Assembly: GCA_002497765.1 (NCBI GenBank)
Contig: DAET01000070.1
Coordinates: forward strand, 1-59,619
Length of the DNA stretch: 59,619 nucleotides
Direction: 5' to 3'
Source of the DNA: Euryarchaeota archaeon UBA486
Lineage (GTDB): Archaea > Thermoplasmatota > Poseidoniia > Poseidoniales > Poseidoniaceae
Part shown: positions 1 through 9,602 of the stretch, piece after piece
Position numbering within the stretch: the stretch's first letter is position 1
Layout of the letters: every line of letters starts with the position of its first letter
Translations under genes and position numbers: made by a program
Notes under the pieces: model-generated
The model's database searches: none
Told to the model about the DNA's origin: nothing
The model's input: the letters and a program-made list of their open reading frames with translations, nothing else

Positions 1-801
1 GGATTCATCCCACCTGACATTGCCATTTACGAAGAAGGGGTTGAGTTCCCGCGTTCATTTGAGGTCAACGATATCCCGCTGAATTCAAACTTCACGATTC
101 GGGCTTGGGTGCAACTTCCACAAGACCAAAGTACCAACGGCACGGTCTACATCAACACCACGATTCGGTCTCGATTTGCGCCGGAACTTCCCTTTGTTCA
201 CACCAGCGAAGGAGATTACCTCGGTCTGGCCTGGCAACCCAGTGAAGCAGTGGATGAGGGAATTGATTGGGGGGGCATGGCCAACACGGCTGTTGCGTAC
301 GTGAAGGCGTGGTCGGGTGTCGTGTTCAGCATCTTGCTGGCCTCCATCATCCTTTACAAGGCTGTGATCGATCGTCAGCGCCGGTTGGAAGAATCACAAA
401 CCCTGCCCTATCAGGAGACCGATAAGCAAGCTGAAGATTGGATGAGCCAATACCAGAAAGAAGCCGTTCCCGGGGAACAGATGACGGCCCCAGCAGCACC
501 GCTTCAGGAAGTCCCAAAAGCGACCTATGAAGCCATGTTCCGCCACCAACACGGTTCGGCTGAAGCACCTCAGCCACAAGTGGATTCAGGATTGATTTCG
601 GCAGCGAGCATCGTCCTCGATAAACGAACGGAAGAAGCGAAGAAAATCAAGGCCGATGCAATGCTCGCCGACTTGCAATCAACCAAAGCTTCAGCGCCGC
701 TCTCTGCCAACGAGACCTTGGTAGCGTCTACCTCGTCGTCGGTTCCACTCCCTCCCAACGAGGATGTTCATCCACCTGCTGTCGACGATCTGGAGTTCTG
801 A
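1..801 (+). CDS. Membrane-anchored surface protein, C-terminal part (5' truncated by window edge)
   Basis: The frame is open from base 1 (GFIPPDIAIYEEG...) into ORF 109..801. One TM helix (WSGVVFSILLASIILYKAVI) is followed by RQRR and a low-complexity cytoplasmic tail ending DDLEF. Confidence 0.75.
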   Translation, partial: GFIPPDIAIYEEGVEFPRSFEVNDIPLNSNFTIRAWVQLPQDQSTNGTVYINTTIRSRFAPELPFVHTSEGDYLGLAWQPSEAVDEGIDWGGMANTAVAYVKAWSGVVFSILLASIILYKAVIDRQRRLEESQTLPYQETDKQAEDWMSQYQKEAVPGEQMTAPAAPLQEVPKATYEAMFRHQHGSAEAPQPQVDSGLISAASIVLDKRTEEAKKIKADAMLADLQSTKASAPLSANETLVASTSSSVPLPPNEDVHPPAVDDLEF

Positions 802-810
802 GGCGAGTTC

Positions 811-1530
811 ATGTTGATCGGCATCGACGAAGCGGGGCGTGGACCGGTTTTGGGACCCCTTGTTGTCGGCATCTGTGCCGTACCTGACGATGCGGAGCCG
901 TTGTTGATGGACATCGGCGTCAAGGATTCCAAAGACCTCTCGGCCAAAAAGCGCCAACACATCGAAACATGGTTCAGGGAGCAATGCGACAAGGAGGGAT
1001 GGTTCGGAGCAACGGTGGTCATCCAGCCCGAGCGGATTGACCAAGCCCTGCAACAACAAGGCCTGAATTGGCTCGAAGTTGAGGGGTTTCAGGAAGCAAT
1101 CCAGCTGGTTCCCCATCAGCACAACCTAACCATCGTCGCCGATGCATGCGATGTGAACGCGGAGCGATTCACGCAACGCATCACGGCAGGGCTTGATGGC
1201 TGGCCGTATCCCCAATCCACCATGATTTCAGAACACAAAGCAGACCAGCGACATCCGGTGGTTGGCATGGCGAGCATCCTCGCCAAGGAAGAACGAGACC
1301 GAAGGATAGAGGCAATGTCTGCGCGTGTGGGATTCAATGTCGGCTCGGGCTATCCATCCGACCCTGCAACAAAGAAGGCGTTGCCAGCGTTGGTGGAACA
1401 ACGCAGAATCGACCCTGAGGTGCGTTGGGGGTGGGCGACCGTGGAGCGTTTTTGGGCTGAGCATCGGGATGGCGACGTGCCGGTTCGAGGTGTTCAACGT
1501 ACGACACAGCAACGGCTCTTCCATCCATGA
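811..1530 (+). CDS. rnhB: Ribonuclease HII
   Basis: Motifs GIDEAGRGPVLGPLVV, VKDSKDLS, DACDV, EHKAD..HPVVGMASILAK and GSGYPSDP. Confidence 0.97.
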   Translation: MLIGIDEAGRGPVLGPLVVGICAVPDDAEPLLMDIGVKDSKDLSAKKRQHIETWFREQCDKEGWFGATVVIQPERIDQALQQQGLNWLEVEGFQEAIQLVPHQHNLTIVADACDVNAERFTQRITAGLDGWPYPQSTMISEHKADQRHPVVGMASILAKEERDRRIEAMSARVGFNVGSGYPSDPATKKALPALVEQRRIDPEVRWGWATVERFWAEHRDGDVPVRGVQRTTQQRLFHP

Positions 1531-1569
1531 TTCATCACGCATTTCTTGAAGGACGGCCCCCACCGCCTG

Positions 1570-3306
1570 ATGAGCGACATGACGTGGCAACCCGATGCGG
1601 AAACAGAAGCCCTGATACGTCATGTCGCCCTGCAAAACGCCCTTGAGTACGAGGGCAAGGCGGCCATGGGTTCGGTCATCGGCCGCATCATGGCCATGCG
1701 GGGTGATTTGCGCCAACACGGGAAGGCCGTGACCGGACTCGTGGCGACGCAGGTCGACGCCGCCAACGCCATGGCGGCTGAGCAGGGACTTGAAGCAATT
1801 CGAGGCCTGCTCGAAGCGGAAGCACCACACCTCTTGGAGAAAAGGGAAACCAAGGCGAGAAGGGAAGGTTTGCCCGAACTTCAGAACGCAGAGAAAGGAA
1901 AGGTCGTCCTCCGTTTTGCTCCCAACCCGAACGGTCCGCTCTCGTTTGGACACGCACGAGGCCTTGTCATCAACAGCACCTACAGAGAAATGTATGATGG
2001 CGAGTTCATCTTGAGGTTCGACGACACCGACACGAAAGTCAAGCCACCCATGCTGGAAGCCTACCAGACCATCCAAGAGGAAACGGAGTGGCTCACTGGA
2101 CGAAAACCCGACCGCGTGGTCATCGCTTCCGATCGCATTGATGAATATCATCGCCATGCTGAAATGATGCTCGATCAGGGATTTGGGTATGTTTGTCGAT
2201 GCAGTGCAGAGGAATTCAAGGAGTACCGAGTTGCCAAAACCGCCTGCCCGTGTCGTACGCAAACCCCCCAAGACAACCTCGTGTTCTGGAAGCGAATGCT
2301 CAACGGGAAATTCAAGCCGGGTCAGGCGGTTGTTCGGGTGAAAACCGACATGACACTGAAGAACCCGGCCTTGAGGGACTGGCCTGCCTTGCGTCTGCAA
2401 GACACCGCAGCTCATCCGCATCCGCGTCCTGAAATCGGTTCAGCGCACGTTGTTTGGCCCCTCCTTGATTTCCAGAGTGCCGTCGAAGACCATCTGCAGG
2501 GCGTCACCCACATCATTCGAGGAAAGGACTTGATGGATTCAACTCGAAAGCAAACGCTGCTGTACGAGCACTTCGGCTGGACCTATCCCGAAACCATGTA
2601 CTGGGGTCGTGTCAAGGTGCACGAATGGGGTGGATTTTCCACCTCTCAAATGCGGGCTGACATTGAAACAGGCACCTACAGCGGATGGGACGACCCGCGA
2701 CTTCCAACCTTGGCGGGGTTGAGGCAGCGGGGCACTCAATCTGAAGCACTCAGAAATTTCTGGTTGGAACTTGGCATCACGCAGAAAGACATCTCCGTGC
2801 CCCTTGCCACCCTGTACGCACACAACACCAAAGTGATCGACGATGACGCTCCGCGGCTGACCTTTGTTCGACATCCAGCATCCTTCACGCTGGTAGGGGA
2901 CCACCCTGATTCGCTGAGCATCCCCGTCCATCCGAACCACGAAAACATGGGTCAACGGACATGGAACTTGTCGAGTGGAACCATTTGGTTGGAAAGTGAG
3001 GACTTGGAGAAGATGGACCTTCGCTTGAAGGAATTTGCCGATGTGGGCCTCCACGACCGCTCTGCCCACATTGAAAGCATGGAGCGGTCGGATAAACGGC
3101 CCATCGTCCACTGGCTACCAGACCGCAACGCGACCGAAGCCGTGCTGACCGGCACAAAGGACAACGCTGTCTTCCACATTGAAGGGCAATTGGAAGCTCA
3201 CAAGCACCCTGCAGGAACCATTGTCCAGCTCGAACGTGTGGGTTATGCGAAAATCGTTGACAAGACCACATTGATGCTTTGTCATGAAGACCTCGGTGAA
3301 AGCTGA
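1570..3306 (+). CDS. gltX: Glutamate--tRNA ligase (archaeal type)
   Basis: RFAPNPNGPLSFGHARG (HIGH-equivalent), LRFDDTD, THIIRGKDL, GWDDPRLPT and QLERVGY. The ATG at 1570 is preferred over the TTG at 1546. Confidence 0.97.
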   Translation: MSDMTWQPDAETEALIRHVALQNALEYEGKAAMGSVIGRIMAMRGDLRQHGKAVTGLVATQVDAANAMAAEQGLEAIRGLLEAEAPHLLEKRETKARREGLPELQNAEKGKVVLRFAPNPNGPLSFGHARGLVINSTYREMYDGEFILRFDDTDTKVKPPMLEAYQTIQEETEWLTGRKPDRVVIASDRIDEYHRHAEMMLDQGFGYVCRCSAEEFKEYRVAKTACPCRTQTPQDNLVFWKRMLNGKFKPGQAVVRVKTDMTLKNPALRDWPALRLQDTAAHPHPRPEIGSAHVVWPLLDFQSAVEDHLQGVTHIIRGKDLMDSTRKQTLLYEHFGWTYPETMYWGRVKVHEWGGFSTSQMRADIETGTYSGWDDPRLPTLAGLRQRGTQSEALRNFWLELGITQKDISVPLATLYAHNTKVIDDDAPRLTFVRHPASFTLVGDHPDSLSIPVHPNHENMGQRTWNLSSGTIWLESEDLEKMDLRLKEFADVGLHDRSAHIESMERSDKRPIVHWLPDRNATEAVLTGTKDNAVFHIEGQLEAHKHPAGTIVQLERVGYAKIVDKTTLMLCHEDLGES

Positions 3307-3347
3307 AGAAAGCAAGAACCAAAACCTGCGACGAAGGTCGGCCGCCT

Positions 3348-3758
3348 ATGGGAAAGACCGTTGCCGACCTGACCTTGGACGATGAACACATGACCGTTGG
3401 AACGGAGGATTCTCTTCAAGAGGCTGCCAAGCGCCTCCTGACCATCTCGGGCGGCATCATGGTGGTCCTCGATGAGGACGGGCGCGTCAAGGGTGTTATC
3501 GGTCAGCGGCAACTCATCAAAGCGCTCAGTGAAGGCATCGACGCCTCCTCTGCCCAATGCCACGAGCACATGGAAATGGATTTCATGCAAGTCAGCCTAA
3601 CAGACAGTCTGAAAGGTGTCCTCGCTGACATCCGCCAGCGAAGCCCGCAAGCCGTTGTGGCGGTGGATGGAAGCGGTGAATTTGTGGGTTATTTCTCCCC
3701 AGATGACTATCAAGAAGCAGTTCAAATGGTGGCCAACCTGAAAGGGTTGAACCTCTGA
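3348..3758 (+). CDS. CBS-domain pair protein
   Basis: Two CBS-like repeats (DSLQEAAKRL...VVLDEDGRVKGVI and DSLKGVL...VAVDGSGEFVGYFS). Confidence 0.85.
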   Translation: MGKTVADLTLDDEHMTVGTEDSLQEAAKRLLTISGGIMVVLDEDGRVKGVIGQRQLIKALSEGIDASSAQCHEHMEMDFMQVSLTDSLKGVLADIRQRSPQAVVAVDGSGEFVGYFSPDDYQEAVQMVANLKGLNL

Positions 3759-5780
3759 TCATGCGACCAGTTTGATGACACGTCCGCACCCAGCACAATT
3801 GAATCGATGGGGGCGAGCGTCCGTTGTGACGGCGTTCGGGGTTTGACAAGCAGGACAGGGAATCTGAGGATACTGTGGTGTCGCGGATCGCCGGGGTGAA
3901 CCGACCAGGCGAGGACTGGCCATGGCGGTGATGACCCAAATGAGTGCCACAGCGCCCAAGGCAATGCCGATGAAGGCCACAGGATAACCGATGACCGTGA
4001 CCGCCAGCGCAATGGGAATCAAGACCAATTCGAGGTAGAGGTAGGTGCGGCGCCGGTTCCGCGTGAGCCGCAAGCCGACAACGAAGGCTGCCAGCAACCC
4101 CACCAAGGTGAGCGCCGTGAGTGTCAATGGTGCATAAGCGAGGGAGGAGGTCGGGAGAACCTCAAAGCTGAATTTCTCACCTTGCTCGATGCCCTCTCCT
4201 TCCATGGTGATGATGTCACCCCATGGCATGCGCAGGACAGCGAAGTCAAAGGCGTCCGATTCGCGAATGATGCTGTTGCTCAGCGCGGTGAGCGCCGAAG
4301 AGCGTGCTGTCAAATCGAGGGAGTAATCACTCCACAACGGGGCTGGTTGGACAACAATGAAGTTTCGGAGGAGGTCGATGCGACTCCCGTCCTCAACCAG
4401 TTCAGTCGTCGAAAACCGAAGCGTCACGGGGTGGTTGATGACAGCGTCTTGGCCGTTCAAGTCAACTTCAACACGCAGTTCATTAAACGCCCGGAAATCC
4501 CCAAGCAATTCTTCCGTATCCAACCCCAATCCGGTGTTCATGTACATGGGGCCGAGGCTTACCATTTGACGCTCAAACTCAGACCGCTCAACGTCTTCGA
4601 TGAAGCGACTGATACGGTCTTCATCGGACACCGCCCCTGCGGAAAACGCCCGGAGCGTTTGAGAGAGGGCGGGGTTTTCATCCCCGATGTGGTCCATGCC
4701 CCATCGCATCCAAAACGCCATTTCGTCGTGAATCGTGATGGTCGTGATCCGCTCGAGCATCAAGCCCCCATCCTGGGATTCGAGTTCCATGTTGATCTCC
4801 AGCATCATGCTGCTCCCACCACCGTCGGTGCGAAGGGGCTCATCGGGCGGGTAGTAGGTTCCAGTGCCACCGCCGGTGTCGAAAGTCTCAACCTCGTAGG
4901 TGGTGGAACCACGCAAGGAGGGTTGGCCGGGCTGGAATTCCAATTCAACTTCAACGTTGATGGTTTCCACCCCGCCAGCTGCACCCGTCCAAGTCCAAGT
5001 GACACGCACGGTGTCACCCACTGCGGTTTCAATGGGATCACCGGACACCGGAACGCCGTTGACCTTCAGCGTGATCGATTCCGCCATGGCCAGCGTGGAC
5101 AAGCCCCAAGGAGAATCAAGGCGAACCGCGAGGTAGACATCGGAGCCCTCTACCTCTGGCTCCACCATGAAAATATCCATCAGCGGAATGGTCGCCTCAA
5201 GGGAGGATGCTTCGTCCTCACTGCCCCAGAAAAATTCCAATTTGGCATCAGCCGCAGGCACACTGAACAAGACGGCTTGAGCGGCGAGTTCAATTTCGAT
5301 GTTCGAAGAACCACTCGTGGTGAACGATTCCACCTCAATGTCAAAGTTCAGCGAACCGGATCCTTGGGCAAGGAAGGAGGAACCTGGCTCGGTCGCTGCG
5401 CTAAAACTCTTGGAGCCAACGCTCACGGTCGCCGTTGCATTGATTTGAACACCGGCCGCATTGGCCACTTCGTAATTGATGGAAAAGGTCCACGTGGAAG
5501 AGGGCACCTCTCCGCCCCAGGTGTTGGGGAGGAGCCAGCGACCAATGGTTTCCTGCGATGAGATGGAGGTCTCAACGCTCACGCTTTGTGGGTCCTCAGC
5601 CAGATCTGCAGCAAACGGTGTCAGCCGCTTGTTGCTGTCGCTGCCAATCAAGTAAAGTTCGACGGGGGTTGCATCACAGCACACCAAGACATCTTCCGAC
5701 GAGTTTGCCTGAGCGGTCGCCACGAAGGGTGTGGCAAAGGTAGCCAAGAAAATCGCACACAGAAAAAGAGCACGACGCAT
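3759..5780 (-). CDS. Exported/membrane protein with C-terminal TM helices and terminal zinc ribbon
   Basis: Signal peptide MRRALFLCAIFLATFATPFVATAQA, acidic beta-rich ectodomain, ~3 C-terminal TM segments, and CPAC...CAGC at the C-terminus. Confidence 0.8.
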   Translation of the reverse strand: MRRALFLCAIFLATFATPFVATAQANSSEDVLVCCDATPVELYLIGSDSNKRLTPFAADLAEDPQSVSVETSISSQETIGRWLLPNTWGGEVPSSTWTFSINYEVANAAGVQINATATVSVGSKSFSAATEPGSSFLAQGSGSLNFDIEVESFTTSGSSNIEIELAAQAVLFSVPAADAKLEFFWGSEDEASSLEATIPLMDIFMVEPEVEGSDVYLAVRLDSPWGLSTLAMAESITLKVNGVPVSGDPIETAVGDTVRVTWTWTGAAGGVETINVEVELEFQPGQPSLRGSTTYEVETFDTGGGTGTYYPPDEPLRTDGGGSSMMLEINMELESQDGGLMLERITTITIHDEMAFWMRWGMDHIGDENPALSQTLRAFSAGAVSDEDRISRFIEDVERSEFERQMVSLGPMYMNTGLGLDTEELLGDFRAFNELRVEVDLNGQDAVINHPVTLRFSTTELVEDGSRIDLLRNFIVVQPAPLWSDYSLDLTARSSALTALSNSIIRESDAFDFAVLRMPWGDIITMEGEGIEQGEKFSFEVLPTSSLAYAPLTLTALTLVGLLAAFVVGLRLTRNRRRTYLYLELVLIPIALAVTVIGYPVAFIGIALGAVALIWVITAMASPRLVGSPRRSATPQYPQIPCPACQTPNAVTTDARPHRFNCAGCGRVIKLVA

Positions 5781-5846
5781 GGTTCCCAACCGTCCCCAAT
5801 CACCTGTGGCTCATAACTTGAACTCCTCGTCGTGAGGAGAACGGGC

Positions 5847-6197
5847 TCAAAGTGCCTTCTCAAGAAGAGCACCGAGTTCTTTTTCGAACAGCGTCACGAG
5901 GGCCTCGCCAACTTCGCCTTGAAGTTCATCGGGGAGCAAACGAAGGCCGAGGCGGGTGGCAGCACGGGTGGCTTTCAATTCAGCATAGATGCTGCGGGCC
6001 TTGGAGTGGAAGTAATACGCAACGGCCTCTTTGATTTCGGCCTTCAATTCAGGGTCGTCCTCCACCTTGGCCCTGATGTGGCTCTTGAGTTCGTCCTTCA
6101 CGAGGTCGCGGAAGGCTTCGATCACCAAATCCTCGGTGGACATCAACTCTTGGAGTTGACTTTGGATGCTTCCGGTCAACAGACGCTCAATCGCCAT
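5847..6197 (-). CDS. Hypothetical alpha-helical protein (116 aa)
   Basis: Clean ORF co-oriented 25 nt downstream of the DHH-like gene, with typical codon usage and an amphipathic helical pattern. Confidence 0.75.
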   Translation of the reverse strand: MAIERLLTGSIQSQLQELMSTEDLVIEAFRDLVKDELKSHIRAKVEDDPELKAEIKEAVAYYFHSKARSIYAELKATRAATRLGLRLLPDELQGEVGEALVTLFEKELGALLEKAL

Positions 6198-6222
6198 GGC
6201 CGTCCTAACGGCTCCTACGGTT

Positions 6223-7146
6223 TCAATCCGTCGCTTGGCCCTCGGTCAAGAAACGACCCGTTCCAAGCCATCGATCGAGTAACTTGGAAGCATACAAACG
6301 ACTTGCGTCAGCCTCTTCCGGCCAAGCCTGTTTCACCGTATGCAATTGGCTGGCTAAATCGATGTGTTCATCACCGACCAACATTCGGTGCCATGTCAAC
6401 TCCTCAAGCCGTGGCGTTGACAACTCTGATTCGGTAAGGCAAGGGAGGAGAAGTTCGCTGATGGCCATGCTTCGCTGGTCAACATCCATGGTGGGCCAGA
6501 CCTTTGCCAGACGTTTCAACTGACGCCCGGAAAGGCCAGGCATCATGCCTGTAGCCGGAGCTGGGACCTCGGGAAGAGGAACAACTCGAAGCGTGCCTTC
6601 TTCCTTCAGGTGGTTCAACACCGTGGTGTGAATGGGGTCCATGTTGGTCTCCAACGCTGAGCGAGACCAGAGACCAAGAGAAATGAACGGCCGTAGTTTT
6701 CGTACCCTTCGCCCGCCTGGTGCGATCACGGCTGCCAGAGCAGCTGCTTGGAGGACCGGATCAATCGCGCCCGAAAACGTTCGGTGTTTCGCACCCATTT
6801 CTACGGTGGTGGCCAAAGGAACGAGATGGATGTGTTCAGTGGAAGCCAAATCCTCAATCGACCACGTTGCTTCTTCCACGTCAACCACCACCGTGAGCCC
6901 CGTGGCTTCGACCGACCAGGCAGGAGGAGCGTCACGGGGAAGATGATGCCGAGGGGTGAACAATCGGCGACGGTATCGAACGCCAACATCGAGGAAGGCG
7001 GCTTCGAGTTGACCGATGGCCAAGACGCCGTCAACCGTTGCTGGGGCGGTGAGGTGAATCATTTCCGCAGCCTTGATGGCCTCGCCGTGTGATTCCATCG
7101 TTGCCTTCAACGAGGAAAACATCGGTGTTGCAAGGAGGTCGCGCAT
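6223..7146 (-). CDS. Degenerate RecJ/DHH-family-like protein (likely nuclease-inactive)
   Basis: Lies directly downstream of rps15, the usual position of a RecJ-like DHH gene in Euryarchaeota. N-terminal IHLTAPATVDGVLAIGQLEAAF resembles DHH motif I (HxDxDG), but no DHH triplet is visible. Confidence 0.6.
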   Translation of the reverse strand: MRDLLATPMFSSLKATMESHGEAIKAAEMIHLTAPATVDGVLAIGQLEAAFLDVGVRYRRRLFTPRHHLPRDAPPAWSVEATGLTVVVDVEEATWSIEDLASTEHIHLVPLATTVEMGAKHRTFSGAIDPVLQAAALAAVIAPGGRRVRKLRPFISLGLWSRSALETNMDPIHTTVLNHLKEEGTLRVVPLPEVPAPATGMMPGLSGRQLKRLAKVWPTMDVDQRSMAISELLLPCLTESELSTPRLEELTWHRMLVGDEHIDLASQLHTVKQAWPEEADASRLYASKLLDRWLGTGRFLTEGQATD

Positions 7147-7205
7147 CGTGAACAAACAGAAGGAACGTTGCGTTCCTCATGAAGGTGTTCGTGCTTGTGG
7201 TTCAA

Positions 7206-7664
7206 TCACTCGACCATCAGGCGGAGTTCGTCTCGCTTGTAGCGCCAGTCGCTTGGGAGACGGTTTTCACCGATGTAGTAGGAAGCAAGACGTCGAATCT
7301 TGGCTTCGGTGATTTCGAGGGCTCGCTTGTTGTGAATGTCCTTGTGATTGCCCGAGCCGAGGTGGTTGATGATGGCGACTGCTTGACGCATGAGGTTCAT
7401 CATGTCCTCGGGGTAGGTACCGGTCATGTCGTTCTCTGCGAGCACTTGGCCAATGCGCTTGCCGAGGACGAGGCGGACGTTGGGAACAGCGTGCTTGTCG
7501 CGGAGGATGGTGCCGATTTCAGCGGTGGAATGACCGGCCTTGGCCAAGTCGAGAATGAGGGACTGAACCGCATCCTTGTCAGTGTTGGACCACTCGGGGG
7601 CCTCGGAAACGTGAGGACGGGTTGAGCCGCTCTGGCCTTTTCGGGACTTGTACATTCGTGCCAT
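7206..7664 (-). CDS. rps15: 30S ribosomal protein S15 (uS15/S13e type)
   Basis: MARMY..RKGQSGSTRP, IGTILRD, PEDMMNLM...KDIHNKRALEITEAKIRRLASYY and LPSDWRY. Confidence 0.98.
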   Translation of the reverse strand: MARMYKSRKGQSGSTRPHVSEAPEWSNTDKDAVQSLILDLAKAGHSTAEIGTILRDKHAVPNVRLVLGKRIGQVLAENDMTGTYPEDMMNLMRQAVAIINHLGSGNHKDIHNKRALEITEAKIRRLASYYIGENRLPSDWRYKRDELRLMVE

Positions 7665-7738
7665 ATCACACCACCAAGCGGCCTTCCGACTTATCTCCCC
7701 TTCTTAATCACTCCGCCACACTACAGCGTGCTGCAGGC

Positions 7739-9517
7739 TCATGATTTCTTCTTTCGCTGGTGAGATTTCGCAAGGGTCCCCGGTGTACCTGCCCACTCCC
7801 AACCGGCAGCAACAGCACGAGCCAGACCGATGCATTTCCCACCCTGGAGGACTCGAAGGTCATCGCCCATTCGGATGGTCGGATCTGCTTTCTCGACCAA
7901 CTGGGCGAACACGTCACCCTTCCAAACCACATCCTCACGCAACACCACCGCCTTGAGGGCTTGGTGGTGGTGAAGGAGATCGATGGCTGCCCTTGAGAAC
8001 GAAAACCCGTTCCTGTCGATGGACCAGACGGCCATTTGAGTCCCGTCGAGTTCAAGTCGCCAGCGGGGGAGTTTACCTCGGACAACCAACGCCTCGCACC
8101 ATGCGTCGGTCCCGGTTACCTTGCGGGCGATGCTCCTGAAATGTTCTTTGAGTCGAAGGTTGTTCTTTTGATTCTTCAAGTCGTACCGCTCTCGGGCGTC
8201 CTTGACTGCAGCGGTTAAACGAGCCAAGGCATCAAAATTCGTTGACCCTTGTCCCTGACGGGTGTTGACAACATCAACGGCGAGGAACGACAGATCCATG
8301 TCCGTGTGATTGATGATTTCCCTGTATCCGACCCGCTGGACCAACGCCGTGAGCATTCGACGGACTCGGCCAAGTTCATCCGACGACCAATCTCCGGTGA
8401 CCGGCACGTCATAGTTAGCAGCAGGCCAAACGTCCTCAAGGTCCCTGGGAACAAGGCCAAGAGGCGAGGTCATCATCACTTCATGACAACCCGTTGAGCC
8501 GATGGCACGCAGAAATTGACCGTGCGATTTTGAAAGCCTGTAGGGTTTTCTTGCCGAGCATGGCAGGAGAATCATCACGTTGCGAACGGGTGCCGGTGCT
8601 TCGTAGTCTTCGGCCATGAACCGTTCCCAATCGGCCACCAGCGGATCGGTGAGTGCGTTGGATGAAAAACAAGCAAACTCGGTCGTGGCCGGCATATGTG
8701 ATGCCAACACACCCTCGTTCCCAGCAACCAAGTCCTGATGCCGCCGAAGATGCTCGACGAGACGAGGACTTGACTGACTTTGCTGGACGGCCAGCGTCCG
8801 AAGAGAACCTGTCATGACGGCGGCTCGAACCTCGTCCAGCGTCTTGACCATGTGATAGGCCTGAGCCTCCACGCTGGTTGCTTCGTGGTCCAGTGGAAGC
8901 CGCGGCCCCCACGCCGTCAAGACAACGCCGTTCGCCGACGCCTCTCTGCACCGAGCAAGGTCGAACAAATCCACACCCATGGACACCAGAACGCTGAGGT
9001 TGTCCGGCCCGCCAAGACCGGGCGTCCACAACAGGGCGCCGGGAAATCGATGCTTAAGGGTCATCACCGCCGTGGGGAGTTTACCGGGTTGGCTGGCCAA
9101 TTGAACGGCGTCCGTCAGCACCACGATTTCGGGGGACAGCGAAGGGTCCGTGAGCGAGTCGTCGTGGTTCATGCGTTGCCATGAAACTGGAAGCAGCGAG
9201 GAGGTCCCTTGGGCCTCACCTGCGTTGGCATCTTCAAGTGATGGAGGAAGGACATGCCCGACGTTCACCGAGTAGGTTGGTCCGTTCTCCTTGAATTCAG
9301 GTGGGCAGAACGAACCTCTTGATCTGATGCTCAAAACCGAAGGAAGGGAGGTTGATGACGCTGAGGAGAAGGGAGCGTAGTCCACGGGAAGAGCAGGGTC
9401 ATCCGCCATCAACACAAGTGCTGGTGTCTTGGCACTTGGCGATTTTCGGTCACCCAATCCCCACATACGACCGTAGCGGTCGCGGTGGAGAACGGTTCGA
9501 CCAAGGGCATCGGCCAT
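7739..9517 (-). CDS. arcS: Archaeosine synthase subunit alpha (ArcS/TgtA2-like; TGT-like N-terminus, C-terminal PUA domain)
   Basis: LLPCSARKPYRLSKSH, HEVMMTSPLGLVPRDLE..WPAANYDVPVTGDW and a C-terminal PUA-like ADPTIRMGDDLRV...IGLARA. Start moved to the ATG at 9517 (MADALG) to avoid overlapping the divergent gene. Confidence 0.88.
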   Translation of the reverse strand: MADALGRTVLHRDRYGRMWGLGDRKSPSAKTPALVLMADDPALPVDYAPFSSASSTSLPSVLSIRSRGSFCPPEFKENGPTYSVNVGHVLPPSLEDANAGEAQGTSSLLPVSWQRMNHDDSLTDPSLSPEIVVLTDAVQLASQPGKLPTAVMTLKHRFPGALLWTPGLGGPDNLSVLVSMGVDLFDLARCREASANGVVLTAWGPRLPLDHEATSVEAQAYHMVKTLDEVRAAVMTGSLRTLAVQQSQSSPRLVEHLRRHQDLVAGNEGVLASHMPATTEFACFSSNALTDPLVADWERFMAEDYEAPAPVRNVMILLPCSARKPYRLSKSHGQFLRAIGSTGCHEVMMTSPLGLVPRDLEDVWPAANYDVPVTGDWSSDELGRVRRMLTALVQRVGYREIINHTDMDLSFLAVDVVNTRQGQGSTNFDALARLTAAVKDARERYDLKNQKNNLRLKEHFRSIARKVTGTDAWCEALVVRGKLPRWRLELDGTQMAVWSIDRNGFSFSRAAIDLLHHHQALKAVVLREDVVWKGDVFAQLVEKADPTIRMGDDLRVLQGGKCIGLARAVAAGWEWAGTPGTLAKSHQRKKKS

Positions 9518-9602
9518 GTCGAGCCCTGCGGCCGTATCTTCTTGAAGAGTTTGAACCCAAACCGGGGGGAGGGTTTTGAAAGACGCCCCCTCACGCAGTC
9601 TC

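Noticed and set aside
1915-1965. GluRS HIGH motif reads SFGH
   Set aside because: Variation at the first HIGH positions is tolerated in class I synthetases and all other motifs are intact, so this is not evidence of inactivation.
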